From the NCBI RefSeq assembly GCF_009914755.1, contig NC_060934.1: 64,000 nucleotides of DNA. One strand, written 5' to 3'. The position numbers were made by a program, and so were the translations under genes. A model generated the notes under the pieces. That model was not told the origin of the DNA, ran no database searches, and was given only the letters and a program-made list of their open reading frames with translations. How positions within the stretch are numbered: the first letter of the stretch is position 1; each line of letters begins with the position of its first letter. Of the stretch, positions 13,930 through 27,900 are shown one piece after another. The stretch is from the human T2T-CHM13v2.0 reference genome, Homo sapiens.

Positions 13930-13999
13930 CTTGTTGTGATACTGCAGCATTTGAGTGATGATTCTTATCTTCGGATGGTAGTTCTTTATGGAGATTACT
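13930..13999 (-). CDS. KCNMA1: KCNMA1 exon 13 (70 nt): RCK1
   Basis: ttctttttcag|A GTA ATC TCC ATA AAG...AAC AAG|gtagga, reading [23 protein letters not shown]. Confidence 0.98.
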
Positions 14000-14098
14000 C
14001 TGAAAAAGAAAGAACCAATGCTGAGACAGGTCTGCCTTATGCATGGTGTCTGACAAAAAGATCAATTTTACTGTCTCCAAATGGGGTACCCATGGGAC

Positions 14099-14917
14099 TG
14101 AGGTAGGAGGCAGGACTTGATTCCAGAGGCAGGGCTCAGATACCAGACAAAATTGAAGACTAGCTGAAACAGGGATGGGGCAGAAGCAACTTTTCACTGG
14201 ACAAGCCCAGCAGTGTGCCCTGTCAGTTTACCATTGCCATGGCAACACCCAGGAGGTTCCCTATAACCTCTAGGCCCTAGAACATTACTATTACTAGATC
14301 ATAGGGGATTGAAATGCTTCATATTTCAAGCCCATTGTCCAATTATGAAATCAACTATCTCTTGGAATATGTTCATAGTGACATAACTTTACAGGCACAT
14401 ACCAGGTCCTTTCCTGAAAGCAAGTTGTAATGCATGGATGAATTCCAGTCCCAGTTCCATCTCTCACTACATACAATTTGGGGAAGCCACCATGAGGAAC
14501 AAAGAAGGCCATGAAAGAGGAAACCCTTTAATATGATTGCCTAAGTGTCTGGGTGGACAGTGAGAAAGAAAGCTCAAAGAACTTGCTTCTATCTGCACTG
14601 GGCTCATGGGACTTGCCTTTCTATGGCAATGACCCGGTGACCCAGAAGTTACTACCCCTTCCCTAGAAATTTTTGCATAAGCTGCCCCTTAATCTGCATG
14701 CAATTAAAAGTAGGTATAAATACGACAGCCTGCCCAGAGCTGCTACTCTATGGTGTAGCCCCGCTGTGCAGGAGCAGTCACAGAGCTGTAATACTACTGC
14801 TTCAATAAAGCTGTTTCCTTCTGCCCTACCATCAGCTTGCCTTTGAATTCTTTTCTGGGGGAAGCTAAAAACCTTCATGGGCTAAGCCCCATTTTGGGGC
14901 TCACCTATCCTGCATCA
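14099..14917 (+). mobile_element. ERV1-class solo LTR (MER66-like), interrupted by a templated insertion
   Basis: TG...CA ends, exact 4-bp TSD GGAC (14095-14098 and 14918-14921), gtcagtttaccattgccatggcaac motif, TATA-like gtataaata, AATAAA. Confidence 0.85.
14257..14615 (+). repeat. Composite local duplication of ~11258-11440 plus ~10495-10674
   Basis: Manual alignment: 14281-14438 vs 11283-11440 differs at 6 positions, all transitions; 14437-14615 vs 10495-10674 is roughly 90% identical. Confidence 0.95.
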
Positions 14918-15599
14918 GGACCAGCAGCCAGGGCTATCCTGAGGGGTTGCAGACACTGGGCCAGGTTAAACAGTATTCCCACCACCATACCTCTTGCTAG
15001 TGTGAAAACAAAATCACAAAACAGCCACAGTCTGTGTCCTGGGCATGAAAAATTTGAGGGCCCCTTGGAATGCATTGGAGATGGGATGTATGCATGTGCG
15101 TACTGGGGAGTAGGGGGCCTGGAGCAGGGGCTGCCAGCTTATTGCCTACGTAGACATCGAAAGCGAGCCCAAATCATGGGGCCTCCAGAGGTTTGCAATC
15201 TCCCACACCCTAGGGACTAGCCCAGAAACAATCTGCTGAGTCCAATTCTCCAAGTTAACAACTTGAGACAACAATGACAAATCAAACAAGCAGGATGACA
15301 AATGGTTCTAATTGTGACACATGCTTGGCCACTATCACAAAAAATGATTTCTAAGCAGGGCTTTTAGGATGAGATCAAGGACTCAGCCTTCCATAGCTAA
15401 TAGAGAAAATGATGACTTAAACGCTGGTTAAAAATAAGTGCCAAGGCATTGCGGGGGTCATGATCTGGTGGAAAATTGTCTCCTACCTGCCCTCAGTCCA
15501 AACTCAATGTTAAGCATGGCCTGCACCCACCCCAGGCCTCACGTGTCCTCCCCACATCAATTATGGTGCTAAAGGGAGGGGCAGAGCGCAGATGAATGG

Positions 15600-15785
15600 A
15601 AACACGTGGGTTCCAGTCACAGCTATTGTACTAATGAACTGCGCGACCTTTAGGAAAACCCTGGGCTCTCTGTTCCTGTTTCCTCATCTGGACACTGGGA
15701 GCAACAGTACCTGCTTTATTTACTTCACAGGCTTGGTATGAGCAGCAAATGGGAGACCAGATGTGAAAATGCTTTGAAATCATTA
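15600..15785 (+). mobile_element. MIR SINE remnant
   Basis: Core gaccttaggaaa...ctctctgttcctgtttcctcatctg and atgtgaaaatgctttg. Confidence 0.7.
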
Positions 15786-16359
15786 AAAGTTCTCTCCACG
15801 TGTAAGTTATGGTTTTTGTCATTACCAAGTCTGTCAGAAGTGACATTGTACATTTCCTTCTGTGACAAGGAAGGCTAAAGAATGGAATTCCACAGAAAGG
15901 CCCACCTCCTAAGCCTAATCAGAAATGCAAGTGCATTTATTATGACCACCCCCACAAACTTCCCACCCAGCAGCGCTCCCCACTTCACCCCTTTTAGTGC
16001 AGAAATGGAGAGAAGGCAGCCAGGGAGCAGCTTTATCTGAAAAGCTGCAACGTACGAATTTAGGAAATGGATCACGCTAAAGCCTCTCCCAGCACAAATT
16101 CACCCTGCGTTTTTGCACTTGAAGGATTTCATTTTATTTTTGAAAAAGTGTTGCGTTGGCCCACGCTTATAACTCAAGGACTTTGAGCCTCTGTCAGCCC
16201 TGCCTTGCAGTTCACAGCTTCAGCCAGTTTTCTGCATTAGCTCATTTCAAATGGATCTTTGACATTTTAATTTCAAAGGAGGCAGATTGGTCTCATTAAA
16301 CTGAGGAGGAAGGAGGATTATACAAATAAGAGAAAGACAAAGCCCATTTTTAACCCTGA

Positions 16360-16774
<415 letters not shown>

Positions 16775-17995
16775 CTTGACCAGTAATTTCTATGCCTCCT
16801 TGTCCTGCCAGTCACCCTAGTACCTATGTGTCTTCATATTAACCCTACCACAGTTAGGGTTTAAATAAAATACTACAATTAAGAGAAACACCCATTTCAA
16901 AACTATTACTCAGGTAGCCCCAAACATCTCTGTGGAGTCAAAACATTAAGCTTCATCTTCTTTTGGTTTTCCATTTGGAATTTTGAAGACAGTGAAGCCA
17001 GGTTCCTTAAAGGGTTACATTTTTTTTTTTAAATCATTTCCAATGACAGAAAAAGGTGTCAAAAGTTGAAAATCCTTCCTACTTCAAAGAAAGGAACAAG
17101 TGACACACCCAACCCTGATCCTGGTGTAGCCACTGTGCAGCTGTAACTGATTCGGGAATGAGCCCAGGTGTGAAGCCAGAATCTGTTCCACCCTCTCTCT
17201 GCAGCCTGGCAAGCCCAAAGCTTAGAAGAGTTCACGCATCCACTTCCTTAAAATGACCTCACTAAGCATATTGCCAAAGAAAACTGAGTGGCAAGAGAAG
17301 ATGGTGCCAGATGTTGCCTGCCAGACACAAGGACCAGATGCTTAAGGGAGGACTGGCTCCTCTGAAATGCACTGGAGGAATTCCCCCACCTCACTGATGG
17401 GGAAGCTCCGGTCACTTGGGGCCACTGATGGAAAGCAAAGACAAAGGCAATGCAAACATTGTCAGGATGTAAAGGTAACTTCTTGACCTTCAACCTCAGG
17501 TAAGTTCCCAGGAGGCAGTAAACCAAGCCACCGGTAGAGGGGGAACCTTTGGCCCGAAAGATGGCTGTTCACAGTTAGGTAAAAGTTCCTGGGAATGCAG
17601 TGGGACGGAAATCCCACTGAATTTAGCTCAACTCTCCAGAAGCTTCCCTTTATCATTTCCTCTCAGCCCTCTTAACTCTTCTGCAATTTATGCTACAGAA
17701 AAGACAAATTCCAAAGGGCCTCTAACTACCTGGAGCAAAATACCTTGACTTTTTAGTCATTTCATTGTCACACAATGTGACTACTGGGTTTATGCAAGGA
17801 ACAAAAACTGAACAATTGCTTTTTTTCTGAATTAAGAAAAGAATAAGGTGCTGGTGTTGGGGCCAATATTAGCAGTTGACAGGCCTAACCCTTGTGCACA
17901 AAAAGCACTGCACAGTGTTTCCCAGTATGACCTCCCCTAGATGTTCTGTAAAAAAAAAAAAAAAAAAAAAAGGGAGGGCAGGGCAGGGCAGGGCA

Positions 17996-18295
17996 GGGCC
18001 ACAGCGGCACACTCCTGTAATCCAGAGTTTTGGGATGCCCAGGTGGGAGGATCACTTGAGGTTAGGAGTTCGTTGAGATCAGCCTGGGCAACATAGCAAG
18101 ACCCTGTCCCTACTAAAAAAAAAAATCTAAAAATTGGCCATGTGTGGTGGCACATTCCTATAGCCTCGGCTACTTGGGAGGCTGAGGTGAGAGGATCGTT
18201 TGGGCTCAGGAGTTCAAGGTTATAGTGAGCTATGATTGAGTCCCTGCACTCCAGCCTGGGCGATAGTGCGAGACTCTGTCTCTATGAAAAAAAAA
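17996..18295 (+). mobile_element. AluJ element
   Basis: Diverged Alu dimer (ggaggatcacttgag, aggagttcaaggttatagtgagctatgat). Confidence 0.88.
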
Positions 18296-18529
18296 GGGGG
18301 GGGGTTGGGGGAGGTGGGAGAGGAGCAGAGGCTTATAGTCAAATAGGTTTGGAAAGTGTTCTATAGTACGTTATCTCAGAGATGCATATTAGTATTAAAA
18401 GCACTGAAAAGCCTTTCAAGAAAGAACATTAATTTTGGGAAACTGGATGAAACAGCCTAACTGGTCACTAAATTCCCCTTTGGGGTGATAGGAATCAATA
18501 TGCCGTAGACACACTTGGAAAGCCCTAGT

Positions 18530-18740
18530 AAGGGTTTTCTCAGCCTCGACACCATTAACATTCTGGGCCAGACAATTCTCTGTTTTGGGGGCTGACCTGT
18601 GCATTGCAGGGTCGTTCGCAGTGTCCCTGGGCTCTACCTATCAGATGCCAGCAGCACGGTCCCCTAGTTGTGACAACCAAAAACATCTCCAGACATTGCA
18701 AAATGTCCCCTGGGGGCATCTGCCTTTAGTTAAGATATCT
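18530..18740. mobile_element. MER20-like hAT-Charlie DNA transposon
   Basis: Motifs ttctcagcctcgacacc and gttgtgacaaccaaaaacatctccagacattgcaaaatgtcccctggggg. Confidence 0.82.
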
Positions 18741-19084
18741 CAGGCCCATTTCCTTTAGGGAACATGGTACTTTAATTCAGGCCAGCACCCATCTCAATCT
18801 ATTTCCTAGTTCTGTCTCAAGGAATCTCAAACCCAAGGCCAGCTGTAAGCCCTAGAGCTGCCACCTGCTGAGGGTGAGCTTCCGGTTGGTGACACCCTGT
18901 GTGCCACTGCCCCAACCCACACAGACAGCCTCGGCTCCCCCAGGCCTATGCAGCTGGTGAGTTGTACAGTGGCTTGTGGGGCAAAAAGGCCTCATAGAGA
19001 TAGTCCTCTGCAGAAGATCCAAAAGGGCCGTGAACAGCCACAGACTGCCAAGCCCAGGGCCTTCCGCAGCGCCCCAAGAGTTAC

Positions 19085-19167
19085 CTCATGATATTCGAGG
19101 CATCCTCCGCATCCGGGTCAGCGCAGTACTTGTTGGCAAGGATCAGGCATGCATCTGCTGACTCTAT
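19085..19167 (-). CDS. KCNMA1: KCNMA1 exon 12 (83 nt): RCK1
   Basis: gtcttag|ATA GAG TCA GCA GAT...ATC ATG AG|gtaact, reading IESADACLILANKYCADPDAEDASNIM(R). Confidence 0.98.
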
Positions 19168-20920
19168 CTAAGACACCGAAAGGAAAATTCACAGAACACA
19201 AACATATAAATAGCCATGCTCGAGTGTAGTCTCTCTCTGTTGACAGCTTCTTGGGGAAGCTTTGCAAAGAAAAAAAAAAAACAATCCTGAGAGCCTGAGA
19301 GATTATAGTTTTTGTCAAAAGTGTAGGTTCCAAGTTCTTGTTATGGTATAAACATTTCATCTTGTTGCTGTTGGAGGGTACAACATGTACCTTGGTAATT
19401 ATACTTTTCATTTGGCATCGTTGCTTACTTGTAGGATTTCCAGATTTCTTTAAATAACAATTAATTAAGCCTTTCAGTCTCCTCCCCACCTCCTTTCTCA
19501 ACCATCTGCACCATCATCCTAATTCTTCCTATCAGGAGTTGGAGGTGGGTGGGTTAAATCCCTTCTCTCCAGTTAGCAAGGTAACTGAGTATTGGGGATT
19601 CAGAAATGTACACTCTGAAGTCCTTCATCTGACCTTTTTCACATCTTCATTTTCTATAGGCTGGGAAGAGATCAGAGCTCTAAATCAGATAACATCACCA
19701 TATTGCTTAGTATCCGATTAGTATTCAGATATTCAGAAGACAACAAATCTATGTATGAAATAATGTGTTACAGTTGAACTCAAAATATACCTACTGACTT
19801 ATCCAAACACGAGCCCACAGGGGTTTATTCCTTAGAGGGGACCATGAGTTTGATGTGCTAATGATTGCTTGCATTTAAATTAGGTCCACGAACAATAACA
19901 ATTGTCCCTACGTTCTCATAAGATTTTACATAAGCAATAACTTGAGTTATGTCTGGATAATATCAAGATTAACTGGACTCTATGAGCATAAGAATTCTTA
20001 TGCTGGCTCAGGTCTGCAATCTGTCCTACTTGGTATGTTATACTTAATAGATCATTCCTGGATTTTGAGGGAGGCCATAATATCCTCCGTGGTATGTCAC
20101 AAATCATCTCTGATTTCTTTAATAATATAAAGAAAGAATTTATCCAAATCCTTTTGGATTATTCATCTTGGCCAATTATATTATTTACAAAATTATGCGG
20201 TGACCACAGTTAGCATTTAGACTTCAGTGAATTCATTATATTAATGTACACCCCCTGGCATGCAAATATTGAACATGCTTACAAAATCTATATTACATAG
20301 GTAAAGTAGCAGATGCCATTTTGCCTTGTACCTTTCCCTTCTAAGCCTCAGGTGTGCTTTATGAGAAGATTCTAAATTACCAGTTTCTGGAAAAAAAGAT
20401 TCGCCCATTATCAATGATATCAGATAACTGCATGTTTAGTTTTACACCCTGCGTCTTAGATGGGGAAAAAAGAAAGCTCAAATGTTTTATCGCTTAGTAA
20501 AATTTTATTTTATATTTTAGCCTAATGTTTCTTTCAGATGTAAATAATAGAAGTCAGAGCTATATTGAGTCCAACTTAAGTGTTCAATATAGGAATTACT
20601 TGATTATTATGTTGTATAAAGCTACTGGGTCCATATAACTGGTCTACTTCCTTGATGAGTAGCTGATTTTGAGGAATCCAGCAAAGCAAGTTTCATGTTA
20701 TGACCAGTCCAAGTGTGGGATGGTTATAGGTAGTGTTGCATATGCCAGCAGAAGGAGGTCCTGGGACCAGTGGAAGGGTGACCTCAAGGTTGCTGGTATG
20801 TGATTGATCTCATTAGGTGTTTAGGAGATGACTCGTGGCCAACCTAGGAGGTGTGTCCCCTCAGCACAGAGTCAGGACTCCCCCCAGACCCACACCAAGA
20901 TGGAATAAAAGCAGAAGTCA

Positions 20921-21064
<144 letters not shown>

Positions 21065-21358
21065 CTATTAATTTAATGGACTCGGGGGTTTCAGCCTCCA
21101 TGGGCTCCTTCCTCTCTAATTTCCACAGGGAGCCCTGGGGAGAGGCTGTGACCTACAGTCACCCTTTTGCTTGCCATAAATAAAAGACTCACACTCAAGA
21201 GAAGTAAAACCCCAGCCCAACTGAAAACCAAACCAGTACCATGGTAAAAGAAAGAGGTTCATGGGCTTTAGGAAGGCCAAGACCTCAGGACAAATGTCTT
21301 CTCTTCGGTATGAATGGAATTCCTATCTTATAAATATGGAAGCTGGGCTGCGCCACTA

Positions 21359-21887
21359 GTGGGATGGTTCATTTTATGCGGACTGTGCCAGAGGGTGCCC
21401 AGATCCAGTGTGATTTCTGGGTGTGTCTGGGAGAGTCTCTGGATGAGAATGGCATTTGAATCAGTGAATTCAGTAGACTACCCTCCTTTGTGGGAGTGGG
21501 CATCATCCAGTCCTTTGAGGGTCTGAAGAGAACAATAAAACAGAGGACAGAGGCGTTTGTCCCTTTTGCTTCTTTCCTGCCGGCTTGAACTGGGCATCTC
21601 TTGTCATTCTCCTATCCTTGGACTGGGGTTGACATTGGCTCTATGACTCTCTGGCCCTCAGACTCAAACACCACCAGCTTTCCTGGGTCTCCAGCTTGCT
21701 GGTGGCAGGCAGTGGGACTTCCCAGCCTCTGTAATCAAATGAGCCAATTCTTCCTAATAAATCTCTCTAGAGATAGATAGATAGATAGATGTATCAATAT
21801 ATAGATACCGATATATATCTGTATTAGATATATTGATATATATATTTCCTATTGACTCTGTTTCACTGGAGAGCCCTGACTAATACA
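21359..21887 (+). mobile_element. MLT2-family solo LTR with (GATA)n tract
   Basis: Same architecture as the element at 1488; ends ctgtttcactggagagccctgactaataca. Confidence 0.75.
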
Positions 21888-22409
21888 ATCAAGGATTAGC
21901 CGAAGGTTCCCCTGGGAGAGGCATCCTGCTGTTCCCTCCATCATGAACCTTATCTCTGCTTCTGTGTCTCATGGACTTCTCATCCCCCAAGGCCTGGATC
22001 AAAAAGTATCACTCTGAGGAGCCACAGACAGACTTAATTTACTCTCATTATTGTTCTTGATTCACACACATGTATGCGACTCATCACATTTCTTGGTGCT
22101 GATCTGTACTGACATCTTTCTCTTTGGAGGACAAGGATTAAACAAGTGACCTATTTATTCATTTGTTAATTCTGCAGAGATGAAAAAGACTGTCGATAAG
22201 GTACCGTGCTAGGCACTGGGAGATGATATTTAGTTAGAACCTACTATACGCCAGGTACCGTGATAAGTCAACACTTGCCTAACATTTGTGAAGTCCATAA
22301 TGACAATAATAATAATAGTTCATGTTTTGTAACATTTACTATATGGCAGATAACATTTTAAATAAATAATAGTAAAATAGTATTATAAATAAATAAGTAA
22401 AATAAATAA

Positions 22410-22708
22410 TATTTATTTATTTTATTTTATTTTACTTAGAGTTTATCTCTGTCACACAGACTGCAGTGCAGTGGCAGGATCTCTGCTCACTGCAACTTCC
22501 CAGGTTCAAGTGATTTTTGTGCCTCAGCCTTCAGAGTAGCTGGGATTATAGGCATGTGCCACCATGCCCGGCTAATTTTTGTGTTTTCAGTAGACACAGG
22601 GTTTTGCCACATTGGCCAGGCTGGTCTTGAACTCCTGGCCTCAAGTGAGCCACCCACCTTGCCCTCCCAAAGTGCTGGGATTACAGGCATGAGCCACCAT
22701 GCCTGGCC
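22410..22708 (-). mobile_element. Alu element (S/J)
   Basis: AT-rich tail followed by antisense Alu body. Confidence 0.9.
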
Positions 22709-22875
22709 ATGATGAGCATTAATTCATTTAAATCTCAAAACAACCCTATAGGCAGGTATGTTATTAACCCAGAGCTTCAAGAGGTTAATTAACTGGGCCA
22801 TCTACTATAAGTATGACATTGATGGATGTTAGGGATACAAAGGTGAATCCTAGCAATGGAAGCATGAGCAGCCAG

Positions 22876-23228
<353 letters not shown>

Positions 23229-24084
23229 TGAATCTGACCAGTCTTTCAGACCCATGACAAGTCATACCTCATTCAGAAGCCTGCCCGGGTAATACCATAG
23301 ACTGATGCTCCTTGAAAGAGATGTCCCCAGTCACTTCTGCCACCTGATCAAAATGACTTCAGCATCCCTTGGATAACACAGGGTTGATGTTGTCTCTAAT
23401 GGTTGCATGTGTGTTCATCTTGAAATGCCCAACTCATGTGGGGGCACAGCCTACACACTATACCTCTAGAGAACTTTCCAAAACGCTCAGTAGAGGATGG
23501 GCCACACAGCAGGTAATCAGTGGCTAAGCACTGAATGGAACCTGTGGGTACCTGCTCCTGTGCTAACATAGCCTGGTCTGTTTTTTCAAAGTTTGGAGAA
23601 ATCAGTGCAGAAAAGAGAAATGTTGGTGCCCCAACATGGTGACAAGTCAGAAGTCTAGCATTCTGTGAGCAAATGCCAGAGGACGACGATCCACCAAACA
23701 GGGAGTTTGTAGGGAAGCCGACCTCAGTGGAACCTCAGAGTAGGACCGCGTGCTGGGTAGTCAACAGCACGTCAAGCCAGCACAAACATGTTAGCTTTGT
23801 CCTGGACTTTGCGATGTGGTGCCAGGACTGGCCCCATGACAGCCCCATCTCCATAAAAGAAGATGACCATGGTACCACACATGTCACCATAATGGAGCCC
23901 CCTAATTCTCTCCATTCCTGGGGCAGACTACCTTTTATCTAAAAAGAGGATTAGTCAAAGTTGAAAACCTCAACATTGGGTAGAAGGGAGATACCTTGCT
24001 TTCCTCCCCTGTAAAACATACAAGATAAGACCTACCTCCTAAGTGGATTATACAACCAAATATATGTTATTTTTCAGGCTGATA

Positions 24085-24310
24085 GCTAACACTTATTGAA
24101 GACTTACTGCACGCCTGACTCTGCTCTGCACACTTCATATGGATTAATTCATTTCATTCTCATCACAGCCCAACTAGGTAGGAACTACTATCATCTCCAT
24201 GATTTATGGATGAGGAAGCTGAGGCACAGGGAGCTTAAGTAACTTGCTCAGCCAGTAGTTGGTTGAGTCAGGATTCAGATCAGGGAATCTGAGTCCAGAA
24301 TATGTATTTT
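24085..24310 (-). mobile_element. MIR SINE remnant
   Basis: Motif gatgaggaagctgaggcacagggagcttaagtaacttgctca. Confidence 0.78.
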
Positions 24311-24846
24311 TACTCTGTTTGTGGAGTAAATGGGAGCCTGCATGCACAGTGACGGGCTAGGGTCCCATGCTGGGGGTTCCTAGGAACGGCAGTTGTTATT
24401 ACTATTACCTTCTGTCCTGCTTCCTCTTAAGTTGGTGTCTTGCTTGGTCACCAACTGACTCCAGAACTCCTAACGTATCCACACCATACAGCTAATCATC
24501 CCACAGCAGATAATGTGGACACGCCAGATTGCTAAGGGGACAATGATGATGACTTGGACCCACAATGAGCTCCACTATTATTTCTTCCAGAGATAAACTC
24601 GGATGTGGTCCCAGAATCGCCTCCACAGAGGCAGACTCTGCTCTCATCATTGAACCAGTGTGTTGCTTCCCTTTCCATTGGTTCTGCAATATCTTCTCCA
24701 ACGAGGCCAAAAGGGATCATGGCTTACCCAACTCTGGCCCCATCCCCAGTGCCATTCCCCAAGACCTCCACTCTTACAGACATTCAGGGAGTCCCTCGCA
24801 GGGTGTGTGGTTGGGCAGAGGGTCTGACAGCAGTAGGAAGCTCTTA

Positions 24847-24981
<135 letters not shown>

Positions 24982-27900
24982 TCAGGCCAGGCACCACGAC
25001 AGGACCCTGCATCCCACCCCCTGGCAAGACAGCAGAAGCCAGGCAGCTGCAGGGGAAGCATTCATCTCCTCCCTCCGCCTCCATAAAAGCCCAGCTCCCA
25101 TCCCCAGAGGGCAGTGAGGCAAAGCAGCGGTGCTAGCAGGTGCTGAGACTCCTAGACAGAAAAGCCATATGGCTTCTCACCTGATGCTGCACAAAATCCT
25201 ATTAAAAGCCCAACTGTTTGGCCAAGTGGTTTTATGCATTTAACAATAAGTGACATTATGCTTGTGCTTAAATGCTGCATTATCAAGTCCCTTGCAGATT
25301 CATATCTCTCCCTTTCTGCCCACAAAGCGTCCTCCGGGGAGATTTACTGTATGAGTCTTGGTTTATGACATAGAGCTTATCAGGTAATGAGATAACAAAT
25401 CTTGCTGAAACGATGATTTTGTGTGTAAGAAAGCAGACTTTTATCAGGGTGGCTAATGTGCGGCCTGACACGTTATAGGTTCTGCTGGCCATAAGCAGTA
25501 AAAAGGAAATTTTGCATTTTTCCACTATAACTCCTCCGACAATGGGGGCATGTAACACTTTACAGTAAGTGAGCATTACTCAGGGCTAAATGGGGCTGGG
25601 ATGCCTATGGAATGGAAGATCATGCCAGCTGGCTGTGCGTCCCCAGAGGGCTGCTTCCTTAGGGTGCCCGGGATTTCCAGGAGAGCTAAAGGAATTTACC
25701 TCAAGATGGGGAGATGCTGGGAAGGGATGAGGCTGGAATTGCTCGCCTTGTTTGAGGGTGGTTTGGACTTCTGTTTCTGGAAGTAGTGGCTCACCCGGAA
25801 GAGATGAGCCCCACAACTGTTGAGACTGACAGTCCCTCCAACCGCTCGGGGCTCCTGGCCAATCTGACTTTGGCACCAGGCAATGTCATGGCCACTTATA
25901 TGTGCCACATAATGCCCAGTCAGGAGTGAGCATTTGATGCAAGAGTCAGCCACAAGACAAAAAGCCAGGGACTGACTGTGGAGATAAAACCACTGGCTTC
26001 TAGTGAAGAGACTGTATGTAGCAAGAGGCTCAACTCCTGTCCCTGTGCCCCCCAGGCTCATAGTGACAGCATCTGAGTCTCTAGCTGCGCTCTGAGACTT
26101 GGGCAGGTGGTGAACATGCAGCATGGTAATTTCCTGGGTAAAATTTAGAATGGCCATGTCCCTTGCACTTCATAATTGCTCTGTGCACATTCCACTAAGG
26201 CAGAAAGCTCATTGGCTGGAGGTGGCTCATAATAGGAGGCAGTGATGATGGCTTATGCAATGTTCCATTAGATGCCATTATAAGAGCCTGCCCTTTCGTT
26301 GTAATTTGGTGCTTGACTAAGTATGTGAGAATAATGCAGTAAACTCATTGGTGAAAGGATAATGATGCAGAACAAAGAGTAAATCAATAATATGCACGAT
26401 GCAGTTAATAATATCACCATTATAGACTGTTATTGTTACGGTGGTGCACTTAGCAATCAGGCACGCAGCGGCCACCAAGGTGAGGGAAGAGTGTCAATGA
26501 GCTACTTCAGAAGAGATGTCTTAACATGATCACTTTGCTCTCCTGCTAGGTTGATGAAGGTCCCTTAGCCACCCACCCAAATTTTATGCCCAAAGCCCAT
26601 ATGACTAACCCCCTCATTAGTATATGGTGAGTAGTATGAGGCTAAGACAGTGTGACACACAGTGTATCAGAATACACAATATAGATTGAATATTTGGATG
26701 ATATGCATTTTATCATATATTTTAAAATGTTTCTTGTGGCACATGTACATTTACATGGACAAAATACTTCAAATAAATTTGCACGTTCTGAATAAGATTT
26801 CAGACTTTGAATTTGCCAAATATGTTTGAAGTGAATGAGAAACAGAATTCCCCTACTGACCTAACTTCCTTGCAACTGACAATAGGGCTACTTTGCCATT
26901 CTAACATCCTCTGCACATAGACTTCCAAGATTAGGAGCAAAGCCAACATGAATCCAATGCGTGGGTATCTCCACAGGACAGATACGTGGCTGAGGCTGTT
27001 CTCATCACTTAGATGTGAAAGTAAGCCAGATGTGATTCCCTGCTCTGCGACCAAGGGTGTGGGCAAAGTATTTATTCCCATTCAGTGCAGGAGGAAGCTG
27101 AGAGGTTAATACCACCCAGCCGGCCTCCTGTGCCAGGCATTGTAAAGTTCGAAGTTCTATACCAGCATAAGCCTGGTTATTACTCAAAGCTAGGCTCAAA
27201 TCAATGATAGGTCTGGGGAAATGCCTGAACATTCGTTCTTCCTACCCAGCATGCAAAGAACTGAATGAACATCAGCCAGCATCTCCTCCTCCTCTCTGAA
27301 ATCATTCATCCCTAGGAAAGATGTGTGAGAAGTGCAAGGGGAAAAGATGAGTTCCCCCCTCTCACCCTTGAATCAAAAGCTCAGCTGGCTGATTTATTCA
27401 GCCTTAGAAAAAGTCAGGGTTCTCTTCCTTGAAAATGTACTGGGTACATATAAAATATATTCCAATGCAATCAATATTATCCCTTAAGCCTTTAATTAAC
27501 TTTCACTTCTCTTAAGAAGTAGACAAATGCTGGCAAGAGTGAGGAGAAAAAAAGGATTGACTTTTTTCATTTGGTGCTAGCTATCCAATACCATTCTAGA
27601 CAATTGAAAATATATATCTTTTAGCCACAGCATGATTTCTGGGGTGGAGAGCTGTCTTTATCAAAAAAGGAAGAAAAAAAACCTTCCTTCAACGTAATTG
27701 GTATTTTTGCTCAGAAAAAAAGCGAGATTGATTGAAAGCAGATTGCCTTTTTGCCCAAGGAGAGTTACTAGGTACATTATCATGGCAACCTTGGAGAACC
27801 CATATTGTTCCAATCTGTCCTATATCTGATTTGAAGATTTATGGCCTCCCCCTTTTGTGCCAATAATCATTTCCCTCCATTTTGTTTTCCATACAGTGAA

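Noticed and set aside
14257-14615. Insertion as a retrotransposed or spliced RNA copy
   Set aside because: No poly(A), no separate TSD, and the segments are in reverse genomic order with microhomology at the junctions, which favours DNA-templated copying.
25140-26500. Repeat-poor stretches that look like conserved non-coding elements (also ~7050-7530)
   Set aside because: Impression from composition only; conservation cannot be judged from a single sequence.
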